Below, piece after piece: positions 8,693 to 17,738 of a stretch of 64,000 nt of DNA (position 1 is the first letter of the stretch; every line of letters begins with the position of its first letter). A program made the translations under genes and the position numbers. The notes beneath the pieces were generated by a model. The model was not told the DNA's origin. It saw only the letters and a program-made list of their open reading frames with translations, and did not search any database. The stretch comes from Leptonemataceae bacterium (GTDB lineage: Bacteria; Spirochaetota; Leptospiria; Leptospirales; Leptonemataceae): assembly GCA_965227295.1 (NCBI GenBank), contig OZ245742.1:2848001-2912000 (forward strand). Direction: 5' to 3'.

Positions 8693-10177
8693 ATGACCAC
8701 CGCAACCATGGAAACCACGGCGCCGTCCGCGCCGGAAAAAACGCAACAGTACGCCATTTCGGAGTGGCACAACACCGAGGAGATCCTGGCCCGACTCAAG
8801 GAACTGACGAAGGCCCCGCTGCGGCCCATTCGCCGCGACAAAATGAACGAGGTCCTCGAGTACTTCGAAAAAAACTGCCGGCGTTCGAAGGCCATCGCCG
8901 AAGAAGCGGAGCGCTACATTCCCGGCGGCGTACAACACAACCTGGCGTTTAACTATCCCTTTCCCCTGGCCATGGACCGCGCCGAGGGCGCACACCTGCG
9001 CGACGTCGACGGCAACGAGTACATCGACTTCCTGCAGGCCGGCGGGCCCACGCTGCTCGGTTCGAACTATCAACCGGTGCGCAAAAAAATCATAAAACTT
9101 CTAAATGAATGCGGGCCGGTCACCGGTCTCCTGCACGAGTACGAACACAAGCTTGCGGAAATCGTAAGCCGGCACATGCCCGGTGTGGAAATGTTTCGCA
9201 TGCTCGGTTCCGGCACCGAGTCCGTCATGGCCGCCATTCGTCTGGCCCGGGCGTACACCGGAAAGAAGCAGGTCATCAAAATCGGCGGCGGTTATCACGG
9301 CTGGTCCGATCAAATGGTCTACGGCATGCGCATTCCCGGAACCGGACGGCGCGAAGCCGCGGGCATTCCGCGCGGGGCGACGGCGCATACGCAAGAATGT
9401 TTTCCCAACGACATCGGCGCGCTCAAGCGCAAGCTCTGGTTGAATCGTTTGCGCGGCGGCACCGCGGCGGTGATCGTGGAACCGCTGGGTCCGGAGAGCG
9501 GCACGCGTCCGGTCTACTTCGACTACAACCGCCAGTTGCGCGAGGTCTGCGATCAGTTCGGCGCGTTGTTGATCTTCGACGAAGTCGTCACCGGCTTTCG
9601 CCTGGGCCTCGGCGGGGCCCAGGGTTACTTCGGAGTGAATCCTGATTTGACCGTCTTCGGCAAGTGCCTCACCGGCGGTTATCCCATGGCGGGCGGCGTC
9701 GGCGGTCGGCGCGAAGTGATGATGCTCTTCGCCGGCGGTATCAGCTCCATGGGCAAGCGCGCCTTCGTCGGCGGTACCCTTTCCGCGAACCCGCTGTCCT
9801 GCGCGGCCGGTTACTATTCGATCCAGGAAATGGAGCGCACCAACGCCGCGGTGAAAGCCGGCCGCGCCGGGGATCGCCTGTGTCGCGGACTGCAGGAAAT
9901 CGTCGAGCGCCTGAAGCTGCCCTACGTCGTTTATAACCAGGGCTCCATCGTGCACCTCGAAACTTCCGGTGTGTTGCTGTTAAGCATGCGCAATCCCATT
10001 AAGGTGCTGCGCGAAGCCAAAGAGCGCAAACACATGATGGAAGAGATGGGCGCGGCTTACTCGGCGCACGGCATGATCACCCTGGCGGGCAGTCGGATCT
10101 ATACCAGCATGGCCGACACGGACGACATCATCGACGAGGCGTTGAATCGTTTCGAAAGCGTTCTGCAAATGGTCTGA
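8693..10177 (+). CDS. Class III PLP aminotransferase (glutamate-1-semialdehyde aminomutase-like)
   Basis: IPGGV, DVDGNEYIDF, SGTESVMAAIR, YHG, FDEVVTGFR, FGKCLTGGYP (PLP lysine), GTLSANPLS. Confidence 0.9.
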   Translation: MTTATMETTAPSAPEKTQQYAISEWHNTEEILARLKELTKAPLRPIRRDKMNEVLEYFEKNCRRSKAIAEEAERYIPGGVQHNLAFNYPFPLAMDRAEGAHLRDVDGNEYIDFLQAGGPTLLGSNYQPVRKKIIKLLNECGPVTGLLHEYEHKLAEIVSRHMPGVEMFRMLGSGTESVMAAIRLARAYTGKKQVIKIGGGYHGWSDQMVYGMRIPGTGRREAAGIPRGATAHTQECFPNDIGALKRKLWLNRLRGGTAAVIVEPLGPESGTRPVYFDYNRQLREVCDQFGALLIFDEVVTGFRLGLGGAQGYFGVNPDLTVFGKCLTGGYPMAGGVGGRREVMMLFAGGISSMGKRAFVGGTLSANPLSCAAGYYSIQEMERTNAAVKAGRAGDRLCRGLQEIVERLKLPYVVYNQGSIVHLETSGVLLLSMRNPIKVLREAKERKHMMEEMGAAYSAHGMITLAGSRIYTSMADTDDIIDEALNRFESVLQMV

Positions 10178-10205
10178 ACAAAGTACGCAACAAAGGGCAA
10201 ACGTT

Positions 10206-10898
10206 ATGAACTCCACCAACACACTCGCAACCGTCGGCGCCCCGGCCGGACTCTCGCATCCGGAGGTGCGCGCAGGCCTGTTGTCTTCGCTTCGCCGTCT
10301 GCACGATAAGGGGCTGTGCGGCCCCGCCGAAATGAGTCTGTCCCTGCGCATCCCCGGCACCGAGGACATGGCGCTGTTGGTTACGGCCCCGGGAGACGGG
10401 CAGGCGCAGGCCGAGGACATTCGCATCCTTTCCCGGGCGACGCAGTACGACGACGAACAGGCGGACATCCATGCGACGATCTATCGCATGCGTCCCGATG
10501 TCGGTGCCGTGGTCCGCAACCGCCCGCGTTGGGGCAGCGTGCTGCACGATGTAAAACAACCCATGCCGGCGATCTTCGACGAACAGGCCCGGCAGATGGG
10601 CGCTTCGGTGGAACGCCTCGACGGCCGGCTGCAACGTTTGCGTCGCGGCGCGAACGTCTTTCTGTACGGCGGCGACGTGTTGTGCCTGGGCATGACTCGC
10701 GACCGCAGCGTCTTCACCTGCGAGCTGCTGGAGAAGTGCGCCGAGGCTTACGTCCTGGCCACGGCCACGGGGCGCCGCTTGCGGCGCATCCCCTGGTTCG
10801 TTCGACTCATTGCCGGGCGGCGTCTCTTAAAAGACGAGCGCAAGTCCGCGGCGGCTTACGCCCGGGGCGAGGTGCCCACGGGATTTACGGCTTACTGA
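10206..10898 (+). CDS. Class II aldolase/adducin-like protein with degenerate metal site
   Basis: SLSLRIPG, IHATIYRMRPDVGAVV, IFDEQARQMG. The HxH and NHG motifs are replaced by RNR and YGG. Confidence 0.75.
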   Translation: MNSTNTLATVGAPAGLSHPEVRAGLLSSLRRLHDKGLCGPAEMSLSLRIPGTEDMALLVTAPGDGQAQAEDIRILSRATQYDDEQADIHATIYRMRPDVGAVVRNRPRWGSVLHDVKQPMPAIFDEQARQMGASVERLDGRLQRLRRGANVFLYGGDVLCLGMTRDRSVFTCELLEKCAEAYVLATATGRRLRRIPWFVRLIAGRRLLKDERKSAAAYARGEVPTGFTAY

Positions 10899-10924
10899 AA
10901 ACGCGCAACGCAACGGAGACGATC

Positions 10925-12121
10925 ATGCAAACTACTAACTATCGCTGGGTGGTACTTACGGTCTTTACGCTCTCGGCCGGCATTTCACAGATGCTCTGGC
11001 TGAACTTCGCGCCCCTGCTGTCGATGATCCAGGAACGCTACGGCGTCAGTGAACTGGAGGCGTCGCTGTTGATCCTGGTCTTCCCGGCGATCTATGTCGT
11101 GTTGTCGCTCCATTCCGGAGCCATGATCGATCGGCGCGGTTATCGTTTCACCGTGGGGCTCGGCGGAATCATCATGGCGGTGTTTTCGTGCGTCCGCATT
11201 TACGATGCGAGCTTTACGGCGCTGCTGATCGGCCAGACCGGTATCGCCGTGGCCCAGCCCTACGTCGTCAACGGAATCTCCAAACTCGTGGCGGATTGGT
11301 ACGAAGAAGAACACCACGGCCTCGCCACCGGCATCGGAACCATCGGCATGTTTTTGGGCATGGCCGTGGCACTCGCGCTGACACCGGCCCTGGTATCGGC
11401 GGTGGGACTGCAACGAACCATGATCATCTTCGCCCTGATGTCCGGCTTCTCGGCCGGGGCCTTCCTGCTGCTCGCGCGCGAGAACCCCGCGCAAAACGAG
11501 TCGGCGGGTACTTTCGGCGAGGGCGCCTTCGCCCCCTTGTTTCAAAACGGCAACCTGATTCTTTTGTTCGTCCTCTCACTGCTCGCCCTGGGATTTTTTA
11601 ACGGCCTCACTACCTGGCTCGAACCGATCCTCGCCGTGCACGCGAATCTCGACGCGGAGCAGGCCGGCCTCGCCGGCGGCATGTTGATCATCGGCGGCAT
11701 CGTCGGTTCGGCGGTGCTACCGGCGCTGTCGGACGCGTTTCGCCGGCGCAAGCCGTTCCTGTTGATCTCGGCCACGGCCAGCATCATACTGACCCTGCCG
11801 CTCTGCACTACCACTAACTTTACCTGGCTGCTTGTTTACGCCGGTCTCATGGGATTCTTTTTTCTGCCCGGATACGCCCTCTTGTTCGCCATGACCGAAG
11901 AACATGCCGGTGCCGCCCATGCCGGCAGCGCCGCGGGCGTGTTGATGCTCGCCGGGAACGGCGGCGGGGTCGTGGTGGTGCTCTTAATGGAGGCGGTGCG
12001 CGGCGGTGACAGTTCCTGGATCAACGCCATTTATTTGATGATGGCATTGATGGCGGCCGCGGTGCTGCTCGCGCTCAAGCTCGGCGAGTCCCTCGGTCGC
12101 GGTCCGGCTCACGACGCCTGA
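10925..12121 (+). CDS. MFS transporter
   Basis: About 12 hydrophobic helices, motif A-like GAMIDRRGYR and ALSDAFRRRK, RBS GGAG. Confidence 0.9.
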   Translation: MQTTNYRWVVLTVFTLSAGISQMLWLNFAPLLSMIQERYGVSELEASLLILVFPAIYVVLSLHSGAMIDRRGYRFTVGLGGIIMAVFSCVRIYDASFTALLIGQTGIAVAQPYVVNGISKLVADWYEEEHHGLATGIGTIGMFLGMAVALALTPALVSAVGLQRTMIIFALMSGFSAGAFLLLARENPAQNESAGTFGEGAFAPLFQNGNLILLFVLSLLALGFFNGLTTWLEPILAVHANLDAEQAGLAGGMLIIGGIVGSAVLPALSDAFRRRKPFLLISATASIILTLPLCTTTNFTWLLVYAGLMGFFFLPGYALLFAMTEEHAGAAHAGSAAGVLMLAGNGGGVVVVLLMEAVRGGDSSWINAIYLMMALMAAAVLLALKLGESLGRGPAHDA

Positions 12122-12141
12122 CCCGTCTCACGGAACGTGCG

Positions 12142-13224
12142 TCACGGTGCCCGGCGTTTTCGCCACTGACCGGGGGACATGCCGGTGCGGGACTTGAACA
12201 ACGCCTGGAACGCGGACATGGAACGAAAGCCGCAGGCCAGGGCGACGTCGAGCACACTCTCTTGCGGATGCTCGACTAACCTCTGCTCCGCGGCGATTAA
12301 GCGGTACTCGTTGACGAAGGCGTTGAAGTTCCGACCGAACTCGCCGTTGATGAATTCCGACAACTGCGCCTGGTTCAGGCCCATGTAATCGGCCAGGTCG
12401 CCCAGGTTCAGATCCTCGTTGAGATAGACCCGTTCCACGACCATGAGGCGTTCCAGTTCGGCGCGCAGCGGCGCCGGATCGCGTTCGCCCAGGCGCGAGC
12501 GGCGCTTCCGGTTCTCGCGGATGCTCGCGGCAAACCGTTCCGTGATGTGCGGCCGGCCCGCACGCAAGACGAGCAGCAAACCCTGGAAAATCGAATGCGA
12601 CCAGAGAAAAAGCCAGGGCTTCCAGTAGATGTCCAGGTTCCGAAAAATCTCGAGAACGACGGCCGTGAGAATGATCAGAGTCCCCGCCGATAAAAACAGC
12701 TTTTGCCGTGACGATAGCCGCGGGCGGCCCGGGTAAATGTACCGCACGAAGATCCACACCAGGTAGACACCGGCAACGATGACACCGAGGGTATTGAGGC
12801 CGCGCAGAATCAGCACCGCGTTCATGCTCGCATCCATTTCGACGAAGCGCAGTCGAGTCTCCGGTTCTACCACGGCCAGGTACAACCAGGTCGTCGCCGC
12901 CAGCAGCCCGGGCAACAGGTGGCGCAACTCGCGACGGAACTCGATGGTTTTCTCCGGCTGCAGGAGTTCGCGGCAATAGAGATACAGCAGCGGTCCGCTC
13001 CAGAACACGAACGGGATCGTTGCGAACTTAACGTACGGAAACATCGGCATGAGTCCGGCCTTCACGAGAGAACCTTCCAGATGCCAGCACGCCGCGCACA
13101 AGGAGTAGGCCGCGAAGTAGCGGGCCCTCGGCTCGCGCAAATTCAACAAACTTGCCGCCGCATGCATCAGGGCCAGCGGCACGCCGGAGAGCAGGACGAT
13201 CTGATGACTGTCGAGGGCGATCAT
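12142..13224 (-). CDS. AraC-family regulator with multi-TM N-terminus
   Basis: Hydrophobic N-terminal half. C-terminal LNLGDLADYMGLNQAQLSEFIN...FNAFVNEYR...VALACGFRSMSAF. Confidence 0.9.
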   Translation of the reverse strand: MIALDSHQIVLLSGVPLALMHAAASLLNLREPRARYFAAYSLCAACWHLEGSLVKAGLMPMFPYVKFATIPFVFWSGPLLYLYCRELLQPEKTIEFRRELRHLLPGLLAATTWLYLAVVEPETRLRFVEMDASMNAVLILRGLNTLGVIVAGVYLVWIFVRYIYPGRPRLSSRQKLFLSAGTLIILTAVVLEIFRNLDIYWKPWLFLWSHSIFQGLLLVLRAGRPHITERFAASIRENRKRRSRLGERDPAPLRAELERLMVVERVYLNEDLNLGDLADYMGLNQAQLSEFINGEFGRNFNAFVNEYRLIAAEQRLVEHPQESVLDVALACGFRSMSAFQALFKSRTGMSPGQWRKRRAP

Positions 13225-13294
13225 GACGAACGCGCCAGCCTTACGGTTCCTGGATCATGATCAAGGATTTTCAGGTACTGCCTGGATCATGATC
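13219..13294. promoter_or_regulatory. Tandem repeats with palindromic core GATCATGATC (AraC-site candidate)
   Basis: CCTGGATCATGATC at 13249-13262 and 13281-13294 (32-bp spacing), plus a partial GATCATGAC at 13219-13227. Confidence 0.6.
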
Positions 13295-13352
13295 GAAGGT
13301 GCGCCGCGCCCGGAGTTCGGTTAGGATCTTCGCATCTGCACAGGAGATGACT

Positions 13353-14225
13353 ATGAAGATCTTACAATTTTTTCACAGGTACGCACAGCTCTGGTTTCTC
13401 GCAGCGATGATCGGCTACGGCCTCGCCGCGATACAGGCGGGCTGGAACCTGAAGATTGCCGCTCCGGTCGGCGCCGTGCTCGCGGTGCTCGTGCTTTCGA
13501 TGTTGGAGCGTCTGGCTCCGGCGCGGCGCGGTGAAAACGACAACGCCGGAGAAACGGCGCGGCATTTCTTTTTCTTCGGCCTCGGCGCCGTGATGGATAA
13601 CCTCGGACGCGCCTTGGCCGTATTCACCGCGGTGAGTCTCGCCGGCGGCGAACGATTTCTGGACCTTCCGTTGTGGCTGGAATTGATTGCGGCCGTCTAC
13701 ATCGCCGAGTTCTTCGCATACTGGTTCCATCGGCTGAGCCATCGCGAGGGCTGGCTCTGGTCCGTACACAGCATCCATCATTTGCCGGAGAAGGTGAATC
13801 TTACGAACAACTTTCTCATGCATCCGCTAAACATATTTTTTCTGAAAGTTATGCGGGCGACGCCGCTGCTGCTGCTCGGTTTTTCCCAGGAGGCCGTCTT
13901 CCTGCACGGCCTGTTCTCCCTGGCGGTCGCGTTTTCGGTGCACGCGAACACCGGCGGACGTCTCGGTGTCTGGAATTACGTGATCGGCACGGCGGAGCTG
14001 CATCGCATGCATCACAGCGTCGATCCGGACGAAGCCGGCAATCACGGCACTGTCGTTCCGTTGTGGGATCAGATCTTCGGTACGTTTCGCTACAATGCGC
14101 ACGGCGAGCCGGCACAGATCGGCGTGGTGCGGGAAGAGCGGGGCCGGTATCCCGTCACGATCGCCGGCATGCTTGTGTATCCGTTGCGCTGGTCTTCGTT
14201 GATTGCGGGGTGGCGCCTCCGCTGA
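13353..14225 (+). CDS. Sterol desaturase / fatty acid hydroxylase family protein
   Basis: Histidine boxes HRLSH, HSIHH, HAN, HRMHH; WDQIFGT; RBS AGGAG. Confidence 0.9.
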   Translation: MKILQFFHRYAQLWFLAAMIGYGLAAIQAGWNLKIAAPVGAVLAVLVLSMLERLAPARRGENDNAGETARHFFFFGLGAVMDNLGRALAVFTAVSLAGGERFLDLPLWLELIAAVYIAEFFAYWFHRLSHREGWLWSVHSIHHLPEKVNLTNNFLMHPLNIFFLKVMRATPLLLLGFSQEAVFLHGLFSLAVAFSVHANTGGRLGVWNYVIGTAELHRMHHSVDPDEAGNHGTVVPLWDQIFGTFRYNAHGEPAQIGVVREERGRYPVTIAGMLVYPLRWSSLIAGWRLR

Positions 14226-14232
14226 CGGAACC

Positions 14233-17200
14233 TCAAAACGCCGGCCCCGGTTGCGCCGTGCTGCGATTCGTGAAACTTCCGTCGCCGAGTTGGCCGAAGT
14301 CGTTCTTGCCCCAGCAGAACAGATCACCGTCGCTCACCGCGCAAACCTGGCCGCCGCCCAGGCCGAAACCGCTGATGTTTGCGAGCGGCACGAGGGAAGC
14401 GTCGAGAACCGTAGACGGAATCTCACGAAACGTTACGGCGTTCACGCCTATCTGTCCCGATTGATTGTTGCCCCAGCAACGGCCGGTACCGTCGTTCAAA
14501 ACCGCGCAGTTGTTGCGGGCGTTCGTGTAGAGTCCGCTTACGTTCGCGCCGAGCCCCGTCGGTTGCGTTGGCGTAATGGCAAAAAACGCCACGCTCGCGT
14601 CGCCGATCTCGTAGTTGCTGTTCGAACCCCAGCAATACACGGCGTCGCCGACCAGGGCGCAACTGTGCAGCGTTCCCGCCGTCACGTTCGTGGCGCCCGT
14701 GAGTCCGGGAACGGGGCCCGTGGGTACGGTGCGCGGAGTCGTGGTGCCGTCGCCGAGTTGCGCCGCCAGGTTGTTGCCCCAGCAATAAACCTCGCCGCCG
14801 TCGACCGCGCAGACGTGGACCGTGCCCGCGCCGATGTCGCTGACGCTGTTCGAAAGGCCGACCACGGGCAACGGAGTCGTCACGGCTTCCAGCGGCGAGC
14901 CGACGCCCAGCCCGCCGGCGGAGTTGTCGCCCCAGCAATGGGCCGTGCCGCTAACAATGGCGCAGCTAAAGTTACCACCCGGAGAAACCTGGCTGACCCC
15001 GCTCGTGAGCCCGCTCACCTGCACCGGCGTGTTGCGGTCCGTCGTGGTGCCGTCGCCGAGCTGGCCGTTGTTGTTCTGGCCCCAGCAACGCAGCGAGCCG
15101 TCGTTCAGAATCGCGCAGGCGTGATTCTGTCCGGCCTCGACCCGGACGACGTTCGCCGTGAGCCCGCTGACCTGCACGGGCACGGCCGAGTTTGTATTCG
15201 TGCCGTTGCCGAGTTGACCGAAGTTGTTCTGGCCCCAGCACTTCGCGGCCCCGTCCACGACGGCACACGAAAAATTCGTGCCGAGTTTTACCGGGAGATC
15301 GGCCGGTGCGGTGGTCGGCGGGCCGGCGGGATTGCCGCACAGTTGCACGGTGCCGGTGTTCGTCACGCTGCGCGTCCAGCCGCCGGGAATGCTTTCGACG
15401 CTCGTCTGCCGTCCGTTCGCGTCGTACTCGATGATGAGCGTGTTGTTGATGGTGCGTTTCTTCGGCAGCGTCGCGCCGCCGTCGTACTCGTACACGATGG
15501 GAATCGTAATCGGTCCCGTTGTAAACGTTACCGATTCCGGAAAACCGTTCGCGTCGTAATCGCCGTAAGTGATCACGTTCGGATTGCCGTTCTGATCCAT
15601 GGCGACGAGACGATTCTGCGTATCCACGGCGAAGGTGTTGTTGATGTTCACATCGGGATTCGGCGGATTGCTGATGGTAAAACTCGCCGCGTCACCGCGG
15701 AACCAGGCGAAGCTGCCGTAGCCGGCGCACTCGCCGCTGAACGTATCGCAGACCAGGTTCGGCAACGGCCCATCGAAGAGCGAGGCCTGCGCCGCGTCGA
15801 TGTTCGGATATGCATACGTTTCGGTGATGACGCCGGACGGCGTGTTCGTAACGCACTCAATGCTGAGCGGCCCTGTGGCCGTGCACGAACTGAACGGCAC
15901 GCCGTCGAGGGCGATGTTTTGCGGAAAGTCCACGCACACCGTCGTCGCCGAAGTCGTGTTCACCGTCGCGATAAACGGCGTAAGATGACTCGTGCGCGCA
16001 ATGATCATACCGTTCTCGGTGTCCGCCGAGGTTTCTTCCACGGGCAGCCAGTTGTCGCCGGGCGCGTTGTAATAAAAGACCGTGAACTCTTCCGGCAGGC
16101 CGGCGTCGATCAGCGCGTCGCGATCGTACGGAAAACGAATTTCGGCGAGATCGCCCGGGAACGTAATCGAACCGCCGGCCACGGGATCGATGTCGTAAAC
16201 GGCGCTCACGGGAATATAGGTTTCGTTGATGCGCGCGGGCACCGGGCGCAGGGACTCGTTCACGGTAAAGTCCGCGGGATGAAAGCCGGGCGGCGGCACG
16301 AACGCGGGTTCTGCCGAGAATCGCGTCACCGCCGAGGCGACCACGGCGTTCACGTCCGGGAAGTTGTACCAGTCTTTGCGATCGGCACCGGCGGACATGT
16401 ACCAATCGTCGAAGAATTCGTAGGCGGTGTGAATGTTCGTGCGTTCGTACATCCAGCGCCAGTCCACGGGCACGAGCAACGCCCAGGGAAAACCGTCGGC
16501 GTCCAGGTAGAGGTCGTTGTCGTTGCCGTCAAAGAAACGGCCGGCGAAGTGGACGTCGCGGTTCGTGTTCTTCACGTGCAGAAACAAATCGTACGGCGCG
16601 GCCCCCAGGTCGTCCTTCGAAACCGGCGCGGCCGGGTTCACTTCCAGTTCGAACAAATCGCCCGCAACAAAGTCCTGACCGCGATGGGCGTTGGATTGTG
16701 AGATGGTCCGGTCGCTGCGTTCCGTAAGTGCAATTGCGTGGAAGTTAGCCGGGCTGCCCGCGGTCGTCGCGAGCAGGTTGCCTTCCGGGTCGAAGCGGCG
16801 CACGGAGTAGTCCGCGTTTTCCAGCGGCAGATTCAGTTTCAGCACGTGATTGTAGCCGGCGGCCTTCGCCACGTGGCGGTACGAACCGAGGATGCGCACG
16901 ACTTCCCCCGCGGCGTTCAGGTGTTCTTCCTGGTTGAATTGCAATACGTAGTCGTTGAAGTCGGCGTCGCCCTGGTTCGGATACAAATCCTCGAAGGCGA
17001 CGGTGAAGCGTCCGCCGTCCGCCGGGAAGCGCAGCAGCGTCGCGCGCGCGGGATCGTCCGGGAAATGATCGGCGTCGTCGGTTATGCCGTCGCCGTCGCG
17101 GTCCGCGAGCGTCGGCGTGGTGTTGCGCGCGCGCCGCACGGCCGTGGTGTTCATCACGATCGTGCGATCCACGGTGCTCAGATCGGCGACCTCCAGCGGC

Positions 17201-17655
17201 GCCGTGTACAGACGACCGCCGTACGTAAAGTCCAGGCGTAGACTGCGGATCGTCGTTGCGATGGTGCAGTTGCCGCTGATGCGACCGTCCGCGCCGCTCA
17301 TCGCCTGGAAGACGACCTCTCGCGCGCGGCCGTCGCGCACGGCGCGAAACTGGACCAGGCTGCCGGCCAGCGGTGCATCTTCCGAATCCGCCAGGCGCAG
17401 GCGCAGGTCCAGGACGGCGACGGTATCGAAGGCGAAGTCCGCCTCGGACGCAACGTCGCGCACGATCATGGAGTAATCCGTCGCGGTGCCGGCGGGAAGA
17501 TCCGGGCTGCCCGGGGCCGCCGTGTCGCTCAGGATCGCGGGCGGCAGCCAGGCCGTAAAGTCGTCACTGCTCTTCGGCGAGCAGGTCGTGTTTAAGATAC
17601 ATACACTAATGATTGTCGCGAGTATATTAAGTGGATAGTTAGCGCGCGTTCGCAT
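14233..17655 (-). CDS. Large lipoprotein with LruC/DUF4842 domain and C-terminal RCC1-like repeats
   Basis: Lipobox-like LNTTC, AFEDLYPNQGDADFNDYV, FPWALLVP, and about 7 CWGxNxxGQLG repeats. Confidence 0.82.
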   Translation of the reverse strand: MRTRANYPLNILATIISVCILNTTCSPKSSDDFTAWLPPAILSDTAAPGSPDLPAGTATDYSMIVRDVASEADFAFDTVAVLDLRLRLADSEDAPLAGSLVQFRAVRDGRAREVVFQAMSGADGRISGNCTIATTIRSLRLDFTYGGRLYTAPLEVADLSTVDRTIVMNTTAVRRARNTTPTLADRDGDGITDDADHFPDDPARATLLRFPADGGRFTVAFEDLYPNQGDADFNDYVLQFNQEEHLNAAGEVVRILGSYRHVAKAAGYNHVLKLNLPLENADYSVRRFDPEGNLLATTAGSPANFHAIALTERSDRTISQSNAHRGQDFVAGDLFELEVNPAAPVSKDDLGAAPYDLFLHVKNTNRDVHFAGRFFDGNDNDLYLDADGFPWALLVPVDWRWMYERTNIHTAYEFFDDWYMSAGADRKDWYNFPDVNAVVASAVTRFSAEPAFVPPPGFHPADFTVNESLRPVPARINETYIPVSAVYDIDPVAGGSITFPGDLAEIRFPYDRDALIDAGLPEEFTVFYYNAPGDNWLPVEETSADTENGMIIARTSHLTPFIATVNTTSATTVCVDFPQNIALDGVPFSSCTATGPLSIECVTNTPSGVITETYAYPNIDAAQASLFDGPLPNLVCDTFSGECAGYGSFAWFRGDAASFTISNPPNPDVNINNTFAVDTQNRLVAMDQNGNPNVITYGDYDANGFPESVTFTTGPITIPIVYEYDGGATLPKKRTINNTLIIEYDANGRQTSVESIPGGWTRSVTNTGTVQLCGNPAGPPTTAPADLPVKLGTNFSCAVVDGAAKCWGQNNFGQLGNGTNTNSAVPVQVSGLTANVVRVEAGQNHACAILNDGSLRCWGQNNNGQLGDGTTTDRNTPVQVSGLTSGVSQVSPGGNFSCAIVSGTAHCWGDNSAGGLGVGSPLEAVTTPLPVVGLSNSVSDIGAGTVHVCAVDGGEVYCWGNNLAAQLGDGTTTPRTVPTGPVPGLTGATNVTAGTLHSCALVGDAVYCWGSNSNYEIGDASVAFFAITPTQPTGLGANVSGLYTNARNNCAVLNDGTGRCWGNNQSGQIGVNAVTFREIPSTVLDASLVPLANISGFGLGGGQVCAVSDGDLFCWGKNDFGQLGDGSFTNRSTAQPGPAF

Positions 17656-17738
17656 GATGCCGGCCTCCGGGGGAAGTCATACATCATGCAATGGAACGAT
17701 CTGTCAACGGATTCCCCGCATCACAACGGATGTTCGCA

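Noticed and set aside
8693..10177. Calling the aminotransferase hemL
   Set aside because: The N-terminal extension and catabolic operon context argue against a housekeeping GSA aminomutase.
14203..16701. Long plus-strand 832-aa ORF and similar antisense ORFs (e.g. 2007-3110, 29565-30719, 32866-33987, most of 42189-43736)
   Set aside because: They are shadows of real genes caused by high-GC codon bias and carry no domain motifs.
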